In this document: positions 9,284 to 17,505 of the stretch, in pieces
Layout: the number at the start of each line of letters is the position of its first letter
How positions within the stretch are numbered: the first letter of the stretch is position 1
NCBI GenBank assembly: GCA_049325515.1
Contig: JBMOLI010000004.1
Coordinates: 152,006 to 216,005 of the forward strand
DNA: 64,000 nucleotides
DNA from: Actinomycetota bacterium
GTDB taxonomy: Bacteria; Actinomycetota; Acidimicrobiia; Acidimicrobiales; VFJN01
Reading direction: 5' to 3'
Translations under genes and position numbers: made by a program
The notes under the pieces: generated by a model
Told to the model about the DNA's origin: nothing
Seen by the model: the letters and a program-made list of their open reading frames with translations, nothing else
Database searches by the model: none

Positions 9284-10456
9284 TCAGAGGGTCGATCCGG
9301 TTCCGAGGACGATGGTCGAGGTGCAGGACAGCACGCCGCCGCATCCGTTGGCCACGGCGATCTCCGCCCCGTCCACCTGGCGGTCCACCACGTCGCCGCG
9401 CAGCTGGCGGACGGCCTCCACGAGCACGAACATCCCGTACATGCCCGGGTGGGTGTAGGAGAGGCCGCCGCCGTTGGTGTTGGTGGGGAAGTCGCCGCCC
9501 GGGCCCAGGCGGCCTCCCTCGACGAAGGCGCCTCCCTCGCCCTTCGGGCAGAAGCCGAGGTCCTCAAGGGTCATCAGCGCTGTGATGGTGAAGCTGTCGT
9601 AGAGCTCCACCACGTCGACGTCGGTGGGGGTGATCCCGGCCATGGCGAAGGCCTGGGGGCCCGAGACGGCCGCGCCGGTGGTGGTGACGTCCGGCATCTG
9701 GCTGATCGACATGCCGTGGGTGTGGGCCGTGCCCGCCCCGAGGACGTAGATGGGCGGTCGGCGCAGGTCGCGTGCTCGCTCCGCGCTCGTCATGACGAGC
9801 GCGCCGGCTCCGTCGGTGACGAGGCAGCAGTCGAGCTTGTGGAGGGGTTCGGCGATGAGCTTGGAGGTCAGGACGTCTTCGACGGTGATGGGATCCTGGT
9901 GGTATGCGTTGGGGTTCTTCGTGGCCCAGCCGCGGAAGGCGACGGCGATCTCGGCGAGCTGCTCGCTGGTCGTGCCGTAGTCGTGCATGTGGCGACGGGC
10001 GGCCAGGCTGTAGCTCGACGCAGGGAGGCCGAAGCCGAAGGGCAGGTCCCACTCGAAGAAGGGCAGCCCCTTGCCCATCGACGGCCCACCACCGGCGAAG
10101 GGGTTGTCCCCGCTTCGTGGGGTTGCCGCGTACACGATCACGGCGACGTCGCACAGGCCAGCCGTGATCGCAGCCGCGGCGTGCTCGACGTGCACCTCGA
10201 AGCTCGACCCGCCGGTCATCGTCGTGTCGGTGTATCGGCCCCGCACTCCCATGCGTTCGGCGAGGTCGAGAGAGGCCATCATCCCGGTTGTGGAGATGAC
10301 GGCGTCGACGTCGCCGATCGTCAGGCCCGCGTCGTCGAGGGCGGCGCGCACCATGTCCACCTCGAGCTGGGCGGCGGTGCGATCGAGGGCGCCGGTGGGT
10401 GAGACCGCGTCGACGGCACCGACGATGGCGGTGCTGCCGCGAAGGGGATGGGTCAC
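9284..10456 (-). CDS. thiolase-like protein, SCP-x / lipid-transfer (Ltp) type
   Basis: N-terminal STAIVGAV...AAQLEVDMVRAALDDAGL and C-terminal NTNGGGLSYTHPGMYGMFVLVEAVRQLRG are typical of non-specific lipid-transfer thiolases. Confidence 0.85.
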   Translation of the reverse strand: MTHPLRGSTAIVGAVDAVSPTGALDRTAAQLEVDMVRAALDDAGLTIGDVDAVISTTGMMASLDLAERMGVRGRYTDTTMTGGSSFEVHVEHAAAAITAGLCDVAVIVYAATPRSGDNPFAGGGPSMGKGLPFFEWDLPFGFGLPASSYSLAARRHMHDYGTTSEQLAEIAVAFRGWATKNPNAYHQDPITVEDVLTSKLIAEPLHKLDCCLVTDGAGALVMTSAERARDLRRPPIYVLGAGTAHTHGMSISQMPDVTTTGAAVSGPQAFAMAGITPTDVDVVELYDSFTITALMTLEDLGFCPKGEGGAFVEGGRLGPGGDFPTNTNGGGLSYTHPGMYGMFVLVEAVRQLRGDVVDRQVDGAEIAVANGCGGVLSCTSTIVLGTGSTL

Positions 10457-10523
10457 AAGCTACTCCTGCGTTCCACGGACCGGACGTCGGGTAAACGACA
10501 ACGTACGTAGGCCGTATGGTGTC

Positions 10524-12023
10524 TTACAACCTGACGCTCGTCGCTGGCTGGCCAGCGGCTCGCGGAAGGGGGCCGGTCACCGCCTGAGCGAGCTCCGGCA
10601 GCCGCGGCAGCAGCGGGAGGAGTGAGCCCGTGAGCGTGGCTCCGGGTGCGGCCACGGGGAGCGCCTCCTGCAGCGCAAACAGGCTGCGCATCAGGAGGAC
10701 GACTTCCAGCGGGGGTCGCAGCCGGTGGCGCAGCAGCACGGTGACGGCCTCGCGCAGCCCGCCAAGCAGAGCTGTGGAACCCTCGCGGCCCAGCAGCGCC
10801 ATGGGGTCGAGACCGCCCGTGGCGGCCAAGTCGGCGATCAGTGCCTCGGTGTCGGTCGCCTCCGGCACGGCGCCAGCAGCACGCATCGCCACCACCTGGC
10901 CACGGTGGTCGCCGCTCAGTACGGCCGTGAGGAAGTCGTAGCCGGACGTGCGCAGGAGTGGAGTGAGCCGTCCGAGCACTGGGCAGCCGACGAGTGTGGT
11001 GACGTCCCCGTCGCCGCGCAGCTGGAACTGGGGGTCGGGGTCGGCGAGGAACACGCCGGCTCCGATCGCCGCCAGCACGATGACGGACGCGAGCGCGGCG
11101 CCTACGGCACCCGGGTCGTTGGGGGTCGGACTGCTCGTGACGGGTTCGCCGTCGACCGACTCGAACACGGCTGCGGCTGCTGCCACACCGCCGGGCACCG
11201 GTCGGGCAACCGAGATGCCCTCGACGGCGAGGGTCTCCACTGCGAGGCCCAGCTCGATCGCGTTGAGCGCGTGGTTGCGGAGGTCGAGCGAGTCGAGCAG
11301 CTGCCGGACCGTGAGCTCCACGAAGCCCTGCGGGTGCGCATCCCGGAGGCCGGGAACGATCTGGGCCGCGGTCCACGCCAGGGTGCCCGTGAAGCGGGCA
11401 TCGGAGAGGAGCGCCCGTCGGGCCGACGGCCGGCGGACGCGCAGCAAGGCATCCGAGCCGTCCGCGAGCAGGCACCGGTGCGTCTGGAGAACCGGCGTGG
11501 CGCCGAGCACCTGGGGGCTGACGGAGCGCACGAGCCCAGGCAGAGCTCGGTCGGCCACGCGCTCCACGGTGTCGACCCCCATCGGCGCCCACGGGATCGG
11601 TGCGAGCCGGAGGCGGTCCGTGACGCGCCCGGGGGCCAGGCTCCCGCTTCCCGTCACCAGCCGGGCCACCTCGGCTCCGGGAGCACCGAGCAGGGCGAGG
11701 TGGTCTCGAAGTACGTCCGCGACCGTGTCCTTCAGCGCGTCACCGTCGCCCGATGTGGGACGAGCGCGACGGGTGGGCCCGGGGAGCCAGCCGACGACTG
11801 CCCGTAGCTGTGCGGCTTGGAGGGCGGCCGCCTGGTGCACGGTCCGCGGCACCGAGCCGAGACCGGGGGCGGCGAGCTGCTCTGCTCGTCGGGCGATGCC
11901 CTGTCGCCGAGGGGCGAGCTGGCGGGCGAGCCCGCACGCGGTCAGCTCCAGGCCGGGCATCTCCTTGATCCATTGGCTGCCGACCACCCGCCGTGTCAGC
12001 TCGGCCAGCCCCCCTGCGTCCAC
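10524..12023 (-). CDS. ABC1/UbiB-family atypical kinase homologue with degenerate catalytic motifs (pseudokinase candidate)
   Basis: Collinear by eye with the two intact ABC1 proteins in this window, but the key motifs are replaced (see finding). Start chosen at GTG 12021-12023 behind GGAGGTGG. The tracked ORF extends to TTG 12206. Confidence 0.6.
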   Translation of the reverse strand: MDAGGLAELTRRVVGSQWIKEMPGLELTACGLARQLAPRRQGIARRAEQLAAPGLGSVPRTVHQAAALQAAQLRAVVGWLPGPTRRARPTSGDGDALKDTVADVLRDHLALLGAPGAEVARLVTGSGSLAPGRVTDRLRLAPIPWAPMGVDTVERVADRALPGLVRSVSPQVLGATPVLQTHRCLLADGSDALLRVRRPSARRALLSDARFTGTLAWTAAQIVPGLRDAHPQGFVELTVRQLLDSLDLRNHALNAIELGLAVETLAVEGISVARPVPGGVAAAAAVFESVDGEPVTSSPTPNDPGAVGAALASVIVLAAIGAGVFLADPDPQFQLRGDGDVTTLVGCPVLGRLTPLLRTSGYDFLTAVLSGDHRGQVVAMRAAGAVPEATDTEALIADLAATGGLDPMALLGREGSTALLGGLREAVTVLLRHRLRPPLEVVLLMRSLFALQEALPVAAPGATLTGSLLPLLPRLPELAQAVTGPLPRAAGQPATSVRL

Positions 12024-12346
12024 TCGACCACCTCCGATCGCCGGCGTTGATGCGCGACACCGACACGACCTTGTCACATCGCTCGCCCGCCGTCGAACAG
12101 CAGGGCAGCGGGCCGCCACACGCGGCACGCAGACCCGTGACCGCGACCGGACGAAGACGTTGAGCCGCTCGAACGGCCCCGGCATGCCCCTCGGGGCGAC
12201 CGCCAAGTCATGCCGCGAGATCGCCGGCCAGATTCGCCCCTGGTGGAGTCCTCGGCCTCGCGCTCGCTGGCGAGTCCTTCGGCCTGCGTCCTTGCCATGG
12301 ACGAATCTGACTCGCCGATTCCTCAGCGGACTCGCAGCTCAGGTCA

Positions 12347-13267
12347 CTAGCTGCCGGTCGGAAGGTCCATCGGGAACGCCGCAGGCTTGGTCGGGCTATC
12401 GGCGAACAGCTCGGGCGCCTGCTGGATCAGCTCGTCCACCGTCCAACGGTCGCCTCGGTCGATCTTGGCGATCGGCGTCCAGCTCCGCACCAGATCGACC
12501 CGCCCGCCGCCGACGACGAAGCACTGCCCGGTGACGTCGGACGCCGCGTCGGTGCACAGGTAGGCGACCCAGGGAGCGATGTTGTCGGGGTTCCAGATGT
12601 CGAAGGTGCCGTGATCGACGCTGAAGGCTCCGAACGTGCCCTCGGTCAGGCGGGTGCGGGCCCGGGGGCAGATGGCGTTGGCGGTGACGCCGTACTTCTC
12701 GAGTTCGCGGGCCAGCACGAGGGCCATGGTTGCGATGCCTGACTTCGCCGCTGCGTAGTTGAGCTGTCCGGCATTGCCGTAGAGGCCCGACTCCGATGCG
12801 GTTAGCACGATCCGGCCGCCGTGGGGCTCACCGGTTGCCTTGGTTTGCTCGCGCCAGTGGGCGGCAGCGTGGCGCACGGGCACGAAGTGGCCCTTCAGGT
12901 GCACGCGGATCACCGAGTCCCACTCGTCCTCGGTCATGTTGGCGCTGAATCGGTCGCGCAGGATCCCAGCGTTGCACACCAGGATGTCGAGCCGTCCGAA
13001 CGCATCGAGGGCTTGTTCGACCATGCGCTCGCCACCAGCCCAGTCGGCCACGTCGTCATAGCTGGCCACCGCCGCGCCACCTGCCGCGACGATCTCATCG
13101 ACGACGAGCTGGGCGGGTCTCTCGTCCGCACCCGATCCGTCCCAGCCGCCGCCCAGGTCGTTCACGACCACCGATGCCCCTTCGGCGGCGAGAAGCAGGG
13201 CGTGACCACGCCCGACCCCGCGGGCACCTCCAGTGACGATCGCGACCTTGCCGTCAAGGTGTCCCAT
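12347..13267 (-). CDS. SDR family oxidoreductase, MFE-2/Hsd4-type (3-hydroxyacyl-CoA dehydrogenase-like)
   Basis: GKVAIVTGGARGVGRG, NAGILRD and YAAAKSG motifs. Paralogue of 44313..45197. Confidence 0.9.
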   Translation of the reverse strand: MGHLDGKVAIVTGGARGVGRGHALLLAAEGASVVVNDLGGGWDGSGADERPAQLVVDEIVAAGGAAVASYDDVADWAGGERMVEQALDAFGRLDILVCNAGILRDRFSANMTEDEWDSVIRVHLKGHFVPVRHAAAHWREQTKATGEPHGGRIVLTASESGLYGNAGQLNYAAAKSGIATMALVLARELEKYGVTANAICPRARTRLTEGTFGAFSVDHGTFDIWNPDNIAPWVAYLCTDAASDVTGQCFVVGGGRVDLVRSWTPIAKIDRGDRWTVDELIQQAPELFADSPTKPAAFPMDLPTGS

Positions 13268-13416
13268 GCGGTGCTTCCTCCGAACATGCTGCGGGCCCGG
13301 TGCCCGCTAGCGCAGGACCATGCTGTGGGTCGCGCATCGTCCGGTCAAGACAGCAAGTCCTCGGTGTCACATGGCGGAGGACTTTGGCTCCGCTCGTCTG
13401 CCAGCTCGACCTCCGC

Positions 13417-13974
13417 TCAGTAGGGGCGAGCGGTCGGGCGAGGCCGGTCGTGGCGGGCGCGCCGACGGCGCTCGCGACGGATGCTGAGGAGCTGCTCGCG
13501 CGCGCGCAGGGTGGCGGTCCGGACGGCCGACCCCCCGGCCTCCAGCTCGAGGCGTGCTCCGAGGGCCTGGCCCACACGAACGAGCACGTCGAGCTCGGCG
13601 CCGGGCAGCCCCAGCTCGACCGTGGCGATGGCGTCGTGTGTGGTGCCAGCGCGAACGGCCAGCTCGTCGATGCTCAGCTGCTGCTGCCGACGCAGGCGCG
13701 TCACCTGCCTACCCAAGCGAGAAGCGGCCGCGAGCCGGTCGTAGGCGGCCTGTGCCGCAGGGTCGACGACCTGAGCCCGCAACTCCCGCCACGGGAGCGC
13801 GGCCCCGGTGGACCGGGAGCGGCGCACGAAGCTCAGCACCGCCGCGCCGTCGTTCTCCCGCACCAGGCGAAGCTGGCGGGTGCGCCGACCGGCGGGGAGC
13901 GACATGGGTCCGTCGTCGAGGTCTGCGGCGAACATCCGGTGGTCGAGGACGAATGCGACGTGTCCCCGGTCCAC
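13417..13974 (-). CDS. XRE-family helix-turn-helix protein with an unassigned ~90-aa N-terminal part
   Basis: HTH: LGRQVTRLRRQQQLSIDELAVRAGTTHDAIATVELG. Third-position G+C favours this frame from about 13974 downward. GTG 13972-13974 is the first plausible start and has no clear RBS. It overlaps the tail of the MMPL ORF. Confidence 0.6.
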   Translation of the reverse strand: MDRGHVAFVLDHRMFAADLDDGPMSLPAGRRTRQLRLVRENDGAAVLSFVRRSRSTGAALPWRELRAQVVDPAAQAAYDRLAAASRLGRQVTRLRRQQQLSIDELAVRAGTTHDAIATVELGLPGAELDVLVRVGQALGARLELEAGGSAVRTATLRAREQLLSIRRERRRRARHDRPRPTARPY

Positions 13975-16249
13975 GGGGGGGCAGGGCACGCAGCCACTCA
14001 GCCACCGGAAGAGCGACCAGCGGCTGGCTGGCGGTCGTGACGGTGGCAGGCGCGGCCGACTCGAGGCTGACGTTGGGTATCCACCGCTCGAGCCAGGTTG
14101 GGAACCACCAGTTGGCGTCGCCGAGCAGCTCCATCGTGGCGGGAACCAGCACCATGCGCACGATGGTTGCGTCGATGAAGACAGCGATGGCCAGACCGAG
14201 CCCGAAGGTCTTGATGATCGGGTCATCGCCCAGCACGAAGGACAGGAAGATCGTCACCATGATGGCGGCAGCGGCAGTGATCACGCGCGCGGTGGCGGCG
14301 AGGCCGTCGGCGACCGCTGTCGCGTTGTCCCCGGAGCGGTCGTACTCCTCCCGGACCCGGGACAGCAGGAACACCTCGTAGTCCATCGACAAACCGAAGA
14401 GGATGGCGAAGAGCATCATGGGGATGAACGCCATCACCGGCCCCGGACGCGCCACCCCGATGAGGTCCTTGCCCCACCCCCACTGGAAGACAGCCACGAC
14501 CACGCCGTAGGCGGCGCCAATCGACAGCAGGTTGAGCAGTGCTGCCTTGAGTGGCACGAGCACCGACCGGAACACCACGAGGAGCAGCAGAAAGGAAAGG
14601 GCGAGCACCGAGCCGATGAACATCGGGAGGCGCCGGTTCAGCAGCTCGGCCATGTCCACGAAGAGGGCCGTGACCCCGGAGACGCCGACCCGTACCCCGG
14701 AGCCCTTCATCGCCGCCGGGATGACGTCGTGTCGGAGGCGGTCGACCAGGTCCTCGGTGTCCTGAGAGCTGGGCGCGGACGTGGGGATGACGGTGATGAC
14801 AGCGGTGTCACCCGCCGCGTTCACCACCGGCGGCGCCGCCATGAGCACCCCCGGTGTGCTGCCGAGCGGCTCGGCCAAGCGAGCCAGGGCATCGCGCTGG
14901 ACGGGCTGGGCAGGATCCAGCTCGGCGACCAGCACCAGCGGGCCGTTCAGCCCCTCCCCAAACCCCTCGGTGACCAGGTCGTACGCTCGTCGGCTGCTGT
15001 GGCTGGTGGGCCCGCCACCGAACTGGGGCCCGCCGAGGTCCATGCTGAGTACCGGGACCGACAGCCCGAGCAGGATCACGAGCGAGCCGATGCAGAACGG
15101 CCACGGGCGCCGCTGCACGGTCCGACTCCAACGGTGCCAGCTCGCCCCGACTCCGTCGCCTGTGGCGGACCGGGCGCGCCTGAGGGACAGCCGATCGAGC
15201 GACGTCCCGGCGAAGCCGAGCACCGCTGGAAGGAGGGTGATGGCCGCGACGACCGTGCACGCCACGGTCAGCGCCGCGCCGACCGCTAGCCCGACCAGCA
15301 TGGACGCGCCAGCCAAGACCATGCCGAGCATCGAGATCACGACCGTAGCGCCGGCGAAGATCACCGCCCGTCCCGAGGTCTGCAGTGCCAGGGCGGTGGC
15401 GTCCTCCGGATCGAGGTCGAGCCCGAGCCCCTCGCGGTAGCGGGTCACGATGAACAGGGCGTAGTCGATGCCTACGCCGAGCCCGATCATCGCCGCCATG
15501 GCCGGAGCGAAGGTGGAGATCTCGAAGATCCGCGTGGCCAGCAGCACGAGTGACATGCCCGCTCCGAGGCCGAAGAGGGCGACTGCGATCGGTAGTCCCG
15601 CGGCCACGACCGAGCCGAAGGTGGCGAGGAGGATCAGCAGAGCCACCGCCACACCTGCCCCCTCGCGCTTGCCGGGCCTTTCCATCTCGGCGAACATCAC
15701 GGTGGGCCCGCCCACGTTGATCTCCACCCCCTCGAGGGTGGAGGCCTCGTCGGCCAGCTCGATGATGCGGTGAACGAGCTCGGGATCGACCTCCGGGCCG
15801 AAGTCGTCGAGCATCACCTGAGCGATGCCGATGGTGCCGTCGGACGAGATGGGTAGCGCGGCGTTGTAGGGGCTAACCACCTGGCGTACGCGCTCCAGGC
15901 CCGCGATGGTCGAGAACAGGGCCTCGATCCTGGCTTGCGCCGCCGGGTCCCGCACCCCCGCGTCAGCCCGGAAGGCCACCATGATGGGGTCGCCGTAGAA
16001 GTCGGGGAAGCGCTCGCGCAGGATCTCGAGCGACTCCTGGGACTCCGCCCCGTCGATGCGGAAGTCGTTCTGGAACCTACCCCCGACGGTCCTGCCCCCG
16101 ACGGTCAGCGCGAGCAGCGCGAGCAACCAGAGGGCAACGACGAGTCGCCGGTTCCGGAAGCACCAGCGAGCGAGCTGCGACACGGCGTCCTGCCTTCCGC
16201 GTTTTCCCAGATCGGTGGAAGCCTGGGCATCTGGGACCGAGTGTCGCAT
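13709..16249 (-). CDS. MMPL/RND-superfamily membrane transporter
   Basis: MMPL-type layout: a TM segment, a soluble loop and a TM cluster, repeated twice. Strings include VAGLPIAVALFGLG, IGLGVGIDYALFIV, LFGLSMDYEVFLLSRVRE and GDANWWFPTWL. ATG 16247-16249. The recognisable protein ends near 13985. The last ~90 codons (Arg/Pro-rich) overlap the XRE frame. Confidence 0.85.
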   Translation of the reverse strand: MRHSVPDAQASTDLGKRGRQDAVSQLARWCFRNRRLVVALWLLALLALTVGGRTVGGRFQNDFRIDGAESQESLEILRERFPDFYGDPIMVAFRADAGVRDPAAQARIEALFSTIAGLERVRQVVSPYNAALPISSDGTIGIAQVMLDDFGPEVDPELVHRIIELADEASTLEGVEINVGGPTVMFAEMERPGKREGAGVAVALLILLATFGSVVAAGLPIAVALFGLGAGMSLVLLATRIFEISTFAPAMAAMIGLGVGIDYALFIVTRYREGLGLDLDPEDATALALQTSGRAVIFAGATVVISMLGMVLAGASMLVGLAVGAALTVACTVVAAITLLPAVLGFAGTSLDRLSLRRARSATGDGVGASWHRWSRTVQRRPWPFCIGSLVILLGLSVPVLSMDLGGPQFGGGPTSHSSRRAYDLVTEGFGEGLNGPLVLVAELDPAQPVQRDALARLAEPLGSTPGVLMAAPPVVNAAGDTAVITVIPTSAPSSQDTEDLVDRLRHDVIPAAMKGSGVRVGVSGVTALFVDMAELLNRRLPMFIGSVLALSFLLLLVVFRSVLVPLKAALLNLLSIGAAYGVVVAVFQWGWGKDLIGVARPGPVMAFIPMMLFAILFGLSMDYEVFLLSRVREEYDRSGDNATAVADGLAATARVITAAAAIMVTIFLSFVLGDDPIIKTFGLGLAIAVFIDATIVRMVLVPATMELLGDANWWFPTWLERWIPNVSLESAAPATVTTASQPLVALPVAEWLRALPPRGPGTRRIRPRPPDVRRRPRRRTHVAPRRSAHPPASPGAGERRRGGAELRAPLPVHRGRAPVAGVAGSGRRPCGTGRLRPARGRFSLG
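13975..13981 (-). repeat. C7 homopolymer (G7 on + strand) exactly at the MMPL / XRE frame junction
   Basis: Read directly: + strand 13975-13981 is ggggggg. Confidence 0.9.
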
Positions 16250-16397
16250 ATCGGTTGTTACGGAGCGAACCCGTCGGCCTGAAGGCGGCCCCTCGGCGAG
16301 CTTCGGACGGCTTGCGAGCGAGCCACAAGACACTTAGGCTCAGATGTCACATACCGGTCGGCGGCTCGTCGCCGGAGGATCATCGGAAGGGGACGTC

Positions 16398-17477
16398 ATG
16401 CGAGGCGCTGTGCTGCATTCGTTGGGAGACACGCTTGAGGTGCGCGACGACCTCGAGCTCGATGGCCTCGGCCCTGGGGAAGTGCGCATCCGCATCGCAG
16501 CCAGCGGCGTCTGCCACTCCGACCTGTCGCTGATGGACGGGACGCTGCCCCACCCCCTTCCTTGCGTGCCAGGCCACGAGGGGGCCGGCACGGTCGTCGC
16601 CGTAGGAGCGGGGGTGACTGACCTCGCCGAGGGCGACCACGTCATCATCTCGTGGGTGCCGCCGTGCGGGCGCTGCGCCACCTGCCTCGGCGGTCAGCCC
16701 AACCTGTGCACGGCCTTGGGGCTGGGCTCGATGCCGGCGCCGCACCTCAAGCTGGCCGATCAGATGGTGTTCGCCGGTATCGGTACGGCCACCTTCGCCG
16801 AGGAGACCGTGGTGTCAGCGTCGGCGGCCATCAAGATCCCCGACGACGTGCCATTCGACGTGGCGTCGCTCATCGGGTGCGGGGTCATGACCGGTGTCGG
16901 GGCTGCGATCAACACCGCCAAGGTTCGTCCTGGCTCGTCCGTGGTGGTCATCGGCTGTGGCGGTGTCGGCATCAACGTGATCCAGGGCGCCAAGATCGCG
17001 GGCGCGGCCGACATCGTCGCCGTCGACCTCGTCGACAAGAAGCTGGACTGGGCCCGGCAGTTCGGTGCGACCCACGCGGTCTCCCCGGACAAGCTGTCGG
17101 CCACGATGGCCGAGCTCACCGGCGGGCTCGGTGCCGACTACGCCTTCGAGGTGATCGGGCGGCCGGAGACGATCCGCTCGGCGTGGGACGCGACTCGGCG
17201 GGGAGGGACGACCGTCGTGGTTGGGGCCGGTCGCATGGATGCGCAGGTCAGCTTCAGCGCTTTCGAGCTGTTCTATTCGGAGAAGGCGCTGCTCGGCAGC
17301 GTCTATGGCTCGGCCGACGTGCGCACCGACTTCCACCGGCTGCTCCGGCTGTGGCGGTCCGGCCAGCTCGACCTCGAGGGCCTCATCAGCCGCCGCAGCG
17401 GGATCGACGGCATCAATGAGGCCTTCGACGCCATGAAGAAGGGCGAGGTGATCCGGACGGTCATCGAGCTGGCGTAG
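16398..17477 (+). CDS. Zn-dependent alcohol dehydrogenase (MDR, class III-like)
   Basis: GVCHSDLSLMDGTLPHPLPCVPGHEGAG, CGRCATCLGGQPNLC and GCGGVG. ATG 16398 is preceded by GGAAGGGGA. Confidence 0.9.
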   Translation: MRGAVLHSLGDTLEVRDDLELDGLGPGEVRIRIAASGVCHSDLSLMDGTLPHPLPCVPGHEGAGTVVAVGAGVTDLAEGDHVIISWVPPCGRCATCLGGQPNLCTALGLGSMPAPHLKLADQMVFAGIGTATFAEETVVSASAAIKIPDDVPFDVASLIGCGVMTGVGAAINTAKVRPGSSVVVIGCGGVGINVIQGAKIAGAADIVAVDLVDKKLDWARQFGATHAVSPDKLSATMAELTGGLGADYAFEVIGRPETIRSAWDATRRGGTTVVVGAGRMDAQVSFSAFELFYSEKALLGSVYGSADVRTDFHRLLRLWRSGQLDLEGLISRRSGIDGINEAFDAMKKGEVIRTVIELA

Positions 17478-17485
17478 CGATCGGT

Positions 17486-17505
17486 ACCCGCAACGCCAAG
17501 CGGGT
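17486..17505. terminator. short hairpin between convergent genes (ACCCGC-8 nt-GCGGGT)
   Basis: 6-bp perfect stem seen in the sequence, with no U-tract. It touches the stop codon of the minus-strand gene. Weak evidence. Confidence 0.3.

Noticed and set aside
10948-12534. + strand ORF of 528 aa and minus ORF 10453..11592 (379 aa)
   Set aside because: The translations are Ser/Arg/Ala/Pro-rich low-complexity sequence. Both overlap the ABC1-like frame, which aligns motif by motif to two paralogues in the window.
13808-15289. + strand ORF of 493 aa
   Set aside because: It is antisense to the MMPL transporter gene, His/Arg/Asp/Gly-rich, and has no recognisable domain.
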